This document shows, one piece after another, positions 1-8,370 of a DNA stretch of 64,000 nucleotides. The notes under the pieces were generated by a model, which was not told the DNA's origin, searched no databases, and saw only the letters and a program-made list of their open reading frames with translations. Each line of letters opens with the position of its first letter. The stretch's first letter is position 1. The position numbers and the translations under genes were made by a program. This DNA is from an uncultured bacterium (GTDB lineage Bacteria; Chlamydiota; Chlamydiia; Chlamydiales; FEN-1388), in NCBI GenBank assembly GCA_964514655.1, contig CAZEQY010000001.1, positions 9,614-73,613 on the forward strand, given 5' to 3'.

Positions 1-434
1 AGGGCTTTGGCTTGGTATTTTTCTTTTTACCCCTACTGCAGCTATCGCTAGGCGAAATTTCAAAAGCACGCTACGCAAGCGCTGCCGGACTATTTAATTT
101 TATTAGAATATTAGTAGGTAGCGGTTTTGGAACATCTCTCTCCATTGTATTATGGGATAGGCGCGAGATATTTCACCATGCAAGGCTCTCAGAAGCCTCA
201 ACGAGCTTCAGACAAACTACAGCTCAGTTTTACAACCATCTTGAAAATATAAGTCCTACATTTACGCCCGATGTCAACAACGTAATCCTAGATAAAAGCA
301 TAGAGCAGCAAGCCTACATGCTTGCCACAAACGAACTCATCTGGCTTGGCGCCTGGCTCTTCATCCTGATGATCCCACTTGTCTTCCTATGCAAAACCGT
401 AAAACCCACCGATACCCACGCCGCTGCCCACTAG
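1..434 (+). CDS. MFS efflux transporter (DHA2 / EmrB-QacA type), C-terminal fragment; 5' end lies outside the window
   Basis: The reading frame is open to the window edge. The segment GLFNFIRILVGSGFGTSLSIVLWDRREIFHHARLSE, then a soluble loop and a final hydrophobic helix (LIWLGAWLFILMIPLVFL), matches the C-terminal layout of 14-TM EmrB-like pumps. Confidence 0.6.
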   Translation, partial: GFGLVFFFLPLLQLSLGEISKARYASAAGLFNFIRILVGSGFGTSLSIVLWDRREIFHHARLSEASTSFRQTTAQFYNHLENISPTFTPDVNNVILDKSIEQQAYMLATNELIWLGAWLFILMIPLVFLCKTVKPTDTHAAAH

Positions 435-435
435 A

Positions 436-951
436 CTACTGAATGTGGAAGGAATCGAAGAAGTGGTTTCTTCTGGCTTCGTTTGTGTCGTCTGTGATAA
501 GTTCAACAAGATGCTTTTTTGTAGAGATGCATAGGAAGTGTAGTGTTTTGCCATCTGTGTCTACTGAAAACTTAATGGCATATTTGGCTCCAATCTTCTT
601 AGCATCGACCCAAATTAATTCTACGCCCGGATTGCCTTTTTGAAGCTCTTTTTTATACTGCTTTCCTGTCTTTGGGAACCTTTTTGGATCAAGGCCATTG
701 AACACATGGATCACATGGGCATACTCATTGTGCCTGCCTGCCATAAACACCTGATCATTCACAAGCTCGGTTCCTGCATAGTTGGGTAGGGCTCCTGTAA
801 ATGAAATTCCACTTACCTGGTAGTAGACATCCTTCCATTCAGCACCCTCAAAGGTATGAGGAGTACCTCTTGCTCCCCAGCCTGCAGCTTGTAGAGCAGT
901 ACACGCAAATAAAACAACTAAAACAACTATATTTCTCATATTATGAACCAC
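436..951 (-). CDS. Hypothetical secreted protein
   Basis: 171-aa ORF with an N-terminal signal-like segment (MRNIVVLVVLFACTALQAAG). The start is either GTG at 951 or ATG at 939. No recognisable motif. Confidence 0.5.
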   Translation of the reverse strand: MVHNMRNIVVLVVLFACTALQAAGWGARGTPHTFEGAEWKDVYYQVSGISFTGALPNYAGTELVNDQVFMAGRHNEYAHVIHVFNGLDPKRFPKTGKQYKKELQKGNPGVELIWVDAKKIGAKYAIKFSVDTDGKTLHFLCISTKKHLVELITDDTNEARRNHFFDSFHIQ

Positions 952-1855
952 ACCCTTTATGTGTTACCGGATATAAAATTTTGTCCCACTCATGAACTCC
1001 TGAGAGGCCTGTTATGTCTATCATCCTATAGCCTGCCTGGCGGCGGATGGCATCTGTTGTCTGGTAGCGAAAAAGTGGGCATGACGCCTCGATAGCATCT
1101 TGTACGATGCAGGCTATTTCTTCTGGCTCTTGCGCAATCGGGCTGTTAGGGTCAAGCAAGCCCACCTTCTCAAAAATCTCTGCATATGGGTCGTCCTCTA
1201 CAGCAAGATTTGAGCCATAGGGAGCTTCAAAGTCAAGGTCTGTCTTAACAGGGCCGGGTTCGATTAGCGAGACGAGGATGTTCCAAGGCTTTAATGTTGT
1301 TGCCATGGTTTCAGAGATGCCCTCAAGTGCAAATTTTGTTGCTGAATATACCGATAATGATGGTACAGGCCGAAAGCCGCCTCTAGACCCAATCTGAATA
1401 ATTCTGCCGCCCATTTGTTTTCTCATAATGGGCAAAACTGCCTGACACATCCGTGTCGGACCAAAATAATTTACATCAAACAGCTTTTGCGCCTCTTGGA
1501 TGGAGATATTCTCTATTGACCCCCAGTATTCAACGCCGGCATTATTTACAAGTACGTCGATCTTCCCTTCATTTTCCATGATCGTTTTGATCGCTACATC
1601 TATTTCATCCTGCTTTGTGACATCAATATCAAGAACATGCAAGTTATCAGGATACTCATCTTGAAGAGGCCCTAAGTTTTTCATTGTAGACGTAGAGCGC
1701 TTACCCGCATATACCATATACCCTGAAGAGGCAAGCCTTTCAGCTATTGCAAACCCAATCCCTCGCGAAGCTCCCGTAATAATAACAACATCGCCCGCCT
1801 GAATACATCCAAAGAAAAGCACAAATAACGCAATAAAGTATCTCATAATTGCCAA
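941..1855 (-). CDS. Short-chain dehydrogenase/reductase (classical SDR) with an N-terminal hydrophobic anchor
   Basis: Cofactor motif TGASRGIG, NNAG, and catalytic YSATK (YxxxK). Hydrophobic N-terminus MRYFIALFVLFFGCIQA. Confidence 0.85.
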   Translation of the reverse strand: MAIMRYFIALFVLFFGCIQAGDVVIITGASRGIGFAIAERLASSGYMVYAGKRSTSTMKNLGPLQDEYPDNLHVLDIDVTKQDEIDVAIKTIMENEGKIDVLVNNAGVEYWGSIENISIQEAQKLFDVNYFGPTRMCQAVLPIMRKQMGGRIIQIGSRGGFRPVPSLSVYSATKFALEGISETMATTLKPWNILVSLIEPGPVKTDLDFEAPYGSNLAVEDDPYAEIFEKVGLLDPNSPIAQEPEEIACIVQDAIEASCPLFRYQTTDAIRRQAGYRMIDITGLSGVHEWDKILYPVTHKGCGS

Positions 1856-1940
1856 AACAATAACGCTTTTACCCCCTACAGGTCAACTATAAACCAGCTG
1901 CTTGCAATAAACTATAAGTGCATGCTAAAAAAGCGTTCAT

Positions 1941-3293
1941 ATGCATGAAAAATTCCTAAAAGTAGGCACGCTTACGCTGCTACAAATTGTCATTGTTGGC
2001 AACTTGCAGATACTGCCTCCCATTGCCCTATACAATCTTTCGCTTCCTCTACTTTTTGTGCTGGCGGCCCTATGCTTTTATCTGCCGTGCGTGCTAATGG
2101 TGGCAGAGCTTGCTACCACCCATCCGCAAACGGGCGGGGCCTACATATGGTGCCAAAAAGCTTTTGGACAAAAGGCAGGCTTTTTTACTGTAGCGCTTTT
2201 GTGGATCTCTAATGTGCTTTGGTACCCATCCATATTTTCTTTATTAGCAGCAAATCTTGCCTATATTTTTGATCCAGCTCTTGCTTCTAACAAAACATTC
2301 ATCTTAAGCTTTAGCTTAGGGATATTTTGGCTTATAACGCTTCTCAACTGTTTTGGCATTCGCTTTTCAGCCAAGATAAGCACTATATGCTGCGTAATAG
2401 GCATTATCATGCCCATGCTTTTGATTATAGCGAGTGCAGTAGTGTGGTGGCTAAAGGGAAACCCCCTTGCCCTTTCTTATGAGACGCCAGAGCCCAGCTA
2501 TCTGATATCGCTAGTAGTTTCGCTCTTTGGGATAGAAATTACGGCAGTTCACGCTGGAAATGTAGTAAATCCCAAGCGAGACTATCCTAAAAGCTTACTG
2601 ACCTCAAGCATTGCCATAATAACACTTTTACTGCTTGCGGCACTTTCTATAGCTGCAATAATCCCCCAAGAAAGTTTGAGCGTGATGACAGGACTCTTAG
2701 ACGCCCTTGTGCGCTTTTTTTCAGAAATGGGCCTTTCAAAGTGGTTGTTTTTTGTGCTTTTGCTTGTCTTTTTAGGTAATGTAGGCAGCCTCACCGCCTG
2801 GATGCTAGGCTCCACGCGCGGTATGTTTGTAGCGGCTCAAAATAACCACGTGGCAAGCTTTTTACAAAAAACAAACCGCAAAGAAGCCCCCGTCGGCGTG
2901 CTTATCTTTGAAGCTATCATCTTTACGCTCGCAACAAGCGTCTTTTTGCTCTTTACTGATGTCTCATCAACCTTTTGGCTACTTCTTGCTATAGCCTCAC
3001 AAATCACGCTTATCTACTACATACTGCTTTTTTCTTCTGCTATACGCCTTCGCTACCTTCCACAGGAGACTCAAGGCTTTATAATTCCCGGCGGCAAAGT
3101 GGCGATATGGCTCCTCATGGGCATAGGGATATGCACATCACTTGCTGCTATATGGTCAGGTTTTTTGGCGCCGGACAATTTAAGTGAAGACGAAGTCTTC
3201 TCATTCCACATAGTAATGACAACAGGGCTTATAATTGCCCTGCTACTTCCTGCCGCATTTTTTGCATGTAGATCAAAAGGAGAAACACAATGA
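1941..3293 (+). CDS. Amino acid/polyamine (APC superfamily) permease
   Basis: 450 aa and about 12 hydrophobic helices. Carries the APC-type N-terminal signature ...ELATTHPQTGGAYIW.... Confidence 0.8.
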   Translation: MHEKFLKVGTLTLLQIVIVGNLQILPPIALYNLSLPLLFVLAALCFYLPCVLMVAELATTHPQTGGAYIWCQKAFGQKAGFFTVALLWISNVLWYPSIFSLLAANLAYIFDPALASNKTFILSFSLGIFWLITLLNCFGIRFSAKISTICCVIGIIMPMLLIIASAVVWWLKGNPLALSYETPEPSYLISLVVSLFGIEITAVHAGNVVNPKRDYPKSLLTSSIAIITLLLLAALSIAAIIPQESLSVMTGLLDALVRFFSEMGLSKWLFFVLLLVFLGNVGSLTAWMLGSTRGMFVAAQNNHVASFLQKTNRKEAPVGVLIFEAIIFTLATSVFLLFTDVSSTFWLLLAIASQITLIYYILLFSSAIRLRYLPQETQGFIIPGGKVAIWLLMGIGICTSLAAIWSGFLAPDNLSEDEVFSFHIVMTTGLIIALLLPAAFFACRSKGETQ

Positions 3294-3670
3294 TTCAAAC
3301 CATCGGCGACTATTTTTATAGATACAAAAAAGCAGCTATTGGGGCTGCAAATGTTGCAAGTGCTGCATATCTCATATACACAAACCCCTCTATAACACTC
3401 CGTAGCGGCATACTGTTAAGTGCTCGAGTTCTTTCTCAGTTTGCACTGATTACAGACCACACCCTTGTTAAATGTGCAGCAAGCTTTGCAAATGCTATGA
3501 ACCTCTGCAGCTTGCAGAGCACATCAAGTGCACTTTCTTTAGGAGGATACGTTACCTACAGCTCAACAGCATCTCAAAGCCAACTTGACACCATCCTAAG
3601 TGTCTTCAACATGCTCAATTTTGGCTGGCCAAGCCGCCTTGAGCTTAGCGATGCAGCTACTCTACGCTAA
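3290..3670 (+). CDS. Hypothetical small Ala/Ser-rich protein
   Basis: Its ATG overlaps the permease stop (ATGA), which suggests translational coupling. No motif found, and its 3' end overlaps the convergent gene by 14 nt. Confidence 0.35.
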   Translation: MIQTIGDYFYRYKKAAIGAANVASAAYLIYTNPSITLRSGILLSARVLSQFALITDHTLVKCAASFANAMNLCSLQSTSSALSLGGYVTYSSTASQSQLDTILSVFNMLNFGWPSRLELSDAATLR

Positions 3671-5033
3671 AGTAGGCACTAGTCACAACTTTTCGAGCAT
3701 CGTCGATAAAAAAGCTTGCTCTATAGTTTCCTGGGGCTAGTGGGAAATTTTTTTGGCTTGTGCTGTCAAATTGGTAGGTGCCATCAATTTCAGCCCGTAG
3801 GTAGTGGGCCATGATGGGCTCATCGACATTTGTATCTACCGAAAAAATACCAATCCAATCCCAGTTATGGCCAGGAGCATTGTGCCAAAAAACCGGTATT
3901 GGCTCATTATATACGTATGACGCTTTTGAAAGCTCTAGGATTGGAGCATCATCTTTTGCCTTTGCAACAAAGTGTGCGCTAGCAAGTACATGACCAGATG
4001 ATGAAATAAGCTTGAGCACATGACGCCCCTTATTTTGCACATCAAAGCTTGTGTAGCGAGATAAAGCCCCTACCTTTTGCATACCTATACGCGTATCATT
4101 ATGATAGAGGGCTATCTTTAGTTTATCACTATTTGGCCCTTTAAAATAGACTTTCACAGCTTCTCCGATATCTACAAGGCGCTTTTCGACAGCAATGTAC
4201 ATGGGTGCATTATGTGGCTGCACATGAAAGCTCGAGACAACAACTTTATGATCAGAGGGCCACGGAGAAAATTCTTTTACGCTCACAACCTTGCTCGACA
4301 CTGTCTTTGCAGGGCCGCTTACATAAATAAAGTCGATCCTGTCATGAGGGTCATCATCTTCAGGATTCCAGCCCGGAACCTTTGGCCTAGGAGCCCACCA
4401 GGTATATCCTGGGTGCTTCTTAACGCTTTTGTGAGCCTCTCGATACGAATCTCGAAAGCCCTTTTTTTGCAATGCAAGGCTTACAGGCCACCTAAAGCTT
4501 GAGTCATCAAGCATAGATGGAGTGTTAAAGTCTCCCGATAAAAATACGGGAATATGTTTTTTTACAAGTAGTGGCAGCGCTGCAAGTTGAGGCTTTAAAG
4601 CTGCAAGGCGAACATCTTTTTCCACCTGCTTTACTTCTTGTGCGGGCTCTTTCTCTTCAAGTAGGTATGGACCGTATGGATCACTTGGCAGGTGCACATT
4701 GCTTACTGCAACCACTTTTCCTGGCTCCACTTCTATAAAGGCGTAGATGCCCTTAGTATCTTCTGGATCGATAATAGGAAACTTTGAAAGCACGCGCTGG
4801 CGTATATTGTAGTAGGGCATTCCGGTAAGCGAGGCAATATAGGGAATACGCCCCTCAGACTCCTGTATGCAAACAACATCCGCATCTTCTTTCTGTATGA
4901 TATTGACTACCTGAGAAAGACTTACAAGCGCCCCGCCATCTTCAATATTAAACTGCATGACGCTAAAGTCGCTAGCCGCCCAAAGCCGTGACACAACCCC
5001 AAAAACCAAAAAAATGAATGTGTATATACCCAT
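3657..5033 (-). CDS. Secreted endonuclease/exonuclease/phosphatase (EEP) family phosphoesterase with a C-terminal beta-sandwich-like extension
   Basis: Signal peptide MGIYTFIFLVFGVVSRLWAA. EEP motifs in order: MQFNIEDGG, CIQE, SGDFNTP, DRIDFIY, SDHKVV. About 170 extra C-terminal residues containing NWDWIGIF. Confidence 0.8.
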   Translation of the reverse strand: MGIYTFIFLVFGVVSRLWAASDFSVMQFNIEDGGALVSLSQVVNIIQKEDADVVCIQESEGRIPYIASLTGMPYYNIRQRVLSKFPIIDPEDTKGIYAFIEVEPGKVVAVSNVHLPSDPYGPYLLEEKEPAQEVKQVEKDVRLAALKPQLAALPLLVKKHIPVFLSGDFNTPSMLDDSSFRWPVSLALQKKGFRDSYREAHKSVKKHPGYTWWAPRPKVPGWNPEDDDPHDRIDFIYVSGPAKTVSSKVVSVKEFSPWPSDHKVVVSSFHVQPHNAPMYIAVEKRLVDIGEAVKVYFKGPNSDKLKIALYHNDTRIGMQKVGALSRYTSFDVQNKGRHVLKLISSSGHVLASAHFVAKAKDDAPILELSKASYVYNEPIPVFWHNAPGHNWDWIGIFSVDTNVDEPIMAHYLRAEIDGTYQFDSTSQKNFPLAPGNYRASFFIDDARKVVTSAYFSVE

Positions 5034-5089
5034 ACCCTCAGCTAACCAAACACCGAATTATTTTGCAAGCCAGCTTGTCAAACTGACGT

Positions 5090-5515
5090 TTAAGCAAAAG
5101 CAAAATCAATCGAGAAATCTGGAAAAAGGTTCTTTATTTTTGAAATCATATCAAGTGTGGCGTTACACTTCCGTTCTAAACGCTGGTAGCTATAAAGACT
5201 CTTAAAGCCCATTTTTTTAGCTGCTTCTTTCTGGGTAAGCTTTTTCTTCACGCGATGATAGCGCACCATAAATGCAAATGCAATCTCAGGATCTACACCC
5301 ACCTGCACCAAGTTGCTTTTTTTGCTTAACTTAGCGTTGGGAAGTGCGGCAAGATAATTAGATTCCGCAGGCTCTTGAAGATACATGTTCAACGCCTCTT
5401 GCATATTCTCCCACAGCTCTTCTTTGCTATCGCCTTGAGTAAGCAAGCCGTTAAGCTCCACACACTCTGCCCAAAATCCGTTAGCTTCTTTATGAATCTT
5501 AAAATGGTACTTCAT
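5090..5515 (-). CDS. hicB: HicB-family antitoxin with a C-terminal HTH
   Basis: N-terminus MKYHFKIHKEANGFWAECVELNGLLTQGDSKEELWENMQEALNMYL is HicB-like. The C-terminus LTQKEAAKKMGFKSLYSYQRLE is an XRE-like HTH. It lies 2 nt downstream of hicA. Confidence 0.85.
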   Translation of the reverse strand: MKYHFKIHKEANGFWAECVELNGLLTQGDSKEELWENMQEALNMYLQEPAESNYLAALPNAKLSKKSNLVQVGVDPEIAFAFMVRYHRVKKKLTQKEAAKKMGFKSLYSYQRLERKCNATLDMISKIKNLFPDFSIDFAFA

Positions 5516-5517
5516 GC

Positions 5518-5703
5518 TTATTCCGCCTCCAACTGTTTTAAAAGCGCTCTTTCAAGACCCTTTTTTAATTCCTTGTGATCGGGGATAATAATCGTCTTAT
5601 TGCCTTTTCGGAGCTTTCGGTGACTTCCCCTACCCTGGCCTTTAACGATTTCATAACCCCGCATCTCGAAGAGTTTGATCATCTCTCTACCGCTGAGGGG
5701 CAT
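5518..5703 (-). CDS. hicA: HicA mRNA-interferase toxin
   Basis: 61 aa. LSGREMIKLFEMRGYEIVKGQGRGSHRKL matches the HicA/YcfA fold signature (G-S-H). The upstream-toxin, downstream-antitoxin order is typical of hicAB. Confidence 0.85.
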   Translation of the reverse strand: MPLSGREMIKLFEMRGYEIVKGQGRGSHRKLRKGNKTIIIPDHKELKKGLERALLKQLEAE

Positions 5704-5800
5704 TTTTTCCTCTTTAGTTTATTACCTCAATAATACCAAATATAATTGGTATCGTCAAGACGAAAAACTACGAATTTGCAGTTTAACGCGGTTTGACTTT

Positions 5801-5985
5801 CTAGAGTAAATAGAGCGCAAGCGTCCACATCATAAGGGCCACGAGGGTATCTATGACCTTCCAGGCGATGGGCTTTTGTAGGAGTGGGGCAAAGACGCGC
5901 GAGCCGTAGGCAAGAGTAAAGAACCAACTAAAAGAAGCTACGATAGCACCAAAAGCAAAAAAGAGCTGCAGGTGCTCTTCTTCTT
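5801..5985 (-). pseudogene. Remnant of the 3' end of a LysE/ArgO-family amino-acid exporter gene
   Basis: My own translation of the minus strand gives ...HLQLFFAFGAIVASFSWFFTLAYGSRVFAPLLQKPIAWKVIDTLVALMMWTLALYLL*. It resembles the ArgO/LysE C-terminus as I recall it (FALGTISASFLWFFGLA...). There is no start codon and the N-terminal two-thirds are missing. Confidence 0.6.
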
Positions 5986-6107
5986 GTGCAGCCCTTTCCC
6001 GATAAAACCTGGCAGATCCCCCTCTACTGGCACAACTGGTCCGTCCAGTCCCCTTTTTACCAAAAGTTCACAAAAGAAATCGTGCTAAAGATAAAACGTA
6101 AGCTCGC

Positions 6108-7442
6108 TTAGGGTTCGCATAAAGCGTCAAGAGCCGCCTCCTTTGACTCTTCTAAATATTCCGGTTCAAGTACTGTAGATGCAATGGTAGAAGTAAAGAG
6201 ATTCACCGCATCAGTCGGCGGCATACTGTTTACCAATTGGATAAAATCTAGATACGGCACTCCAAAAATCGTCTCTTCATTTACGTCAGGAATCGAATAA
6301 CGAACTCCTGGCTGCGGCGCAACTGCTATACGGAAAACTGCTTCATCTACTGTAGGAGATGCAGAGGGGGTATTTCCTGAAGTTATCAATCCCCCCCCAA
6401 GATTTTGGTCTTGTACAATTGACACCAAGGCTGACTCGACTGGCAGGCTATTTTTCTTTAGCGAAGAAGCCTTATAGAATTCATAAAGGCCAATTGAAGA
6501 AGTAATATAAACCGGTTGAACAAGTGAAAATGTTGGACCATAGGTTATAAGTCCACGCGCCTTATTGAGCATCTCGTCACTTTGCAATGAGTCATTCCAC
6601 CTCTCAAGTGCTATGTTTGCCATAGCATACACACTTCCATCACCAGGAAACGATGCATACGCCTCAGCTGAGCTAAATGAAATAACTCGGGTATCGTCTG
6701 AATGGCGCATATAAGGTAGTGCATAATGGACAACTCTTTGAAATCCTGCGACTTTTACATTATAAAGACCAAGGATATCATCTCCAGTAGCTTGCTCTAA
6801 AGGACCATTCCAGTAGATTCCCGGAAGAATCACGAGGATATCAATATGACAGACCTTTTTAACATACTTTTTTATAAACTCTTTCACATCTTTTTCAAAA
6901 CGCACATCCAATTTTTTTAGTGGATATGGCGGCTTCTCATAGCAATCAGGGTATCGGGAAGTAGCTGTTACATGCGCACCCTCTTGATGAAATCGATCAG
7001 CAACAGCCTTTCCAAGACCTCTTGAACCTCCTACGACAAGCACATGTTTGCCAACAACAGATCTTGCATCACTTGTGACTTCGGGGGGATAGGCAAAAGG
7101 CTGGCATGGCTCTAATGGTGGATCAAATGGAGGATCTTGTGTAATCGTAAGAGCAGCAGGATTAACAATTATTGGATACTTGTTTAAATCAAAATTTCGA
7201 AAAGCCTTGCACATTTCCTTATGGCTTTCACAAGTAGTATTTACATTAAAAGTGACAAATCGCTCTTTTTTATTTTCTTCGCAGCAGATGCAATTTTGCA
7301 TTGAAAGATCAAGGACGCCATCTCTACTTGGCTCACGTAGTTTACTACATGTACATGAACTTGAAGCTTCTTTTGCATGTACCTGTGGAGCAAAAAAACA
7401 CAATCCTAAAAGCAGGGAGCTAAACACCTTTCTTGAAAACAT
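6108..7442 (-). CDS. Secreted atypical SDR-fold protein with a Cys-rich N-terminal extension
   Basis: The likely start is the internal Met (MFSRKVFSSLLLGLCFFAPQVHA signal peptide), not 7502. Cys cluster CTCS...CICC...C...C. Rossmann motif VVGGSRGLGKAV. The catalytic position reads YAMAN rather than YxxxK. Confidence 0.7.
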   Translation of the reverse strand: MFSRKVFSSLLLGLCFFAPQVHAKEASSSCTCSKLREPSRDGVLDLSMQNCICCEENKKERFVTFNVNTTCESHKEMCKAFRNFDLNKYPIIVNPAALTITQDPPFDPPLEPCQPFAYPPEVTSDARSVVGKHVLVVGGSRGLGKAVADRFHQEGAHVTATSRYPDCYEKPPYPLKKLDVRFEKDVKEFIKKYVKKVCHIDILVILPGIYWNGPLEQATGDDILGLYNVKVAGFQRVVHYALPYMRHSDDTRVISFSSAEAYASFPGDGSVYAMANIALERWNDSLQSDEMLNKARGLITYGPTFSLVQPVYITSSIGLYEFYKASSLKKNSLPVESALVSIVQDQNLGGGLITSGNTPSASPTVDEAVFRIAVAPQPGVRYSIPDVNEETIFGVPYLDFIQLVNSMPPTDAVNLFTSTIASTVLEPEYLEESKEAALDALCEP

Positions 7443-7531
7443 ACAACCTTCCTTGTAACAATTCGTTTGCTGTATCATAAAAGGTACGAGAAAAGCAAGC
7501 ACATTGACTTTTATGAACCCTTAGAGAACAA

Positions 7532-8332
7532 TTGTCTGTTATGGATCTAGAAGAAGTCTACTCAGCTAAATACTGCCAGCAGCTTGAAGCTGCCTATGGC
7601 AAAAATATGATGTCAGAAGGTGGCACTGAAGCTATAGAGCACCTTTTTGATTCTGTAGAGCTCCGGGGCAAAAAGGCCCTAGACATAGGCTCAGGACTTG
7701 GTGGAGTTGCCTTTTTTATTGCTGAGAAGTATGGCTGCACTGTTGTTGGCCTTGAAATTAACAGCTGGATGGTTGCTGAAGCCACAAAACGCACTCCAAA
7801 ACATCTTAAAGACAAAGTCAGTTTTGTAAAGTGCGACCCCGAATCTAAGTGGCCCTTTGCAGATAGTACTTTTGATACCATCTACAGTAAAGGCGTTCTC
7901 ACCCATGCTGAAGACAAAAATGATATCTTTCAAGAATGCTACCGTCTCCTAAAACCGGACGGCACACTTGTTATAAGCGATGCTTTAAGCTCTGAATCAA
8001 AGGTTTGGGGCGAACATATAAGTCGCCTAAACGAGCTTGAAAGCCTTAATATGTACCCGGAAAGTGAAAGTGGCTATAAGGCTCTTTTGCTAAAACATAA
8101 TTTTATCCTCAAGTCCGTTCGCGATGATCACGCCGAGTGTCACAAATGGACCCTCGATCTTATCAACAGGCTAAAAGATCCAGCCAAGCTAAGCGAACAC
8201 CTTACCTATTTTGACAAGGATGAGCTTGCAGCCCACATTGAGGGCTACGAAGCCATGCTCAAAGCACTTGAAGCAGGCGAGCTGCGATCAGTTCGTTTTA
8301 TTGCAACAAAACTCATGTTGAATAAAACCTAA
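7532..8332 (+). CDS. SAM-dependent methyltransferase resembling eukaryote-type phosphoethanolamine N-methyltransferase (PMT/PEAMT)
   Basis: SAM motif I LDIGSGLGG. YGKNMMSEGGTEA upstream and LLKPDGTLVISD downstream. At 266 aa it appears colinear with my recollection of Plasmodium PMT. The start is TTG 7532 or ATG 7541. Confidence 0.7.
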   Translation: MSVMDLEEVYSAKYCQQLEAAYGKNMMSEGGTEAIEHLFDSVELRGKKALDIGSGLGGVAFFIAEKYGCTVVGLEINSWMVAEATKRTPKHLKDKVSFVKCDPESKWPFADSTFDTIYSKGVLTHAEDKNDIFQECYRLLKPDGTLVISDALSSESKVWGEHISRLNELESLNMYPESESGYKALLLKHNFILKSVRDDHAECHKWTLDLINRLKDPAKLSEHLTYFDKDELAAHIEGYEAMLKALEAGELRSVRFIATKLMLNKT

Positions 8333-8370
8333 TTGCACTTTATTATTAAATGCTATTTAGGTGATATAAA

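Noticed and set aside
5090-5703. A larger defence or prophage island around hicAB
   Set aside because: There is no integrase, phage structural, restriction-modification or other defence-type gene adjacent. Only the exporter remnant and ordinary metabolic or secreted genes flank it.
5727-5927. 66-aa minus-strand ORF from the ORF track
   Set aside because: It is in the wrong frame. The adjacent frame of the same strand translates to a clear LysE/ArgO C-terminus, so this ORF is a frame shadow of that pseudogene remnant.
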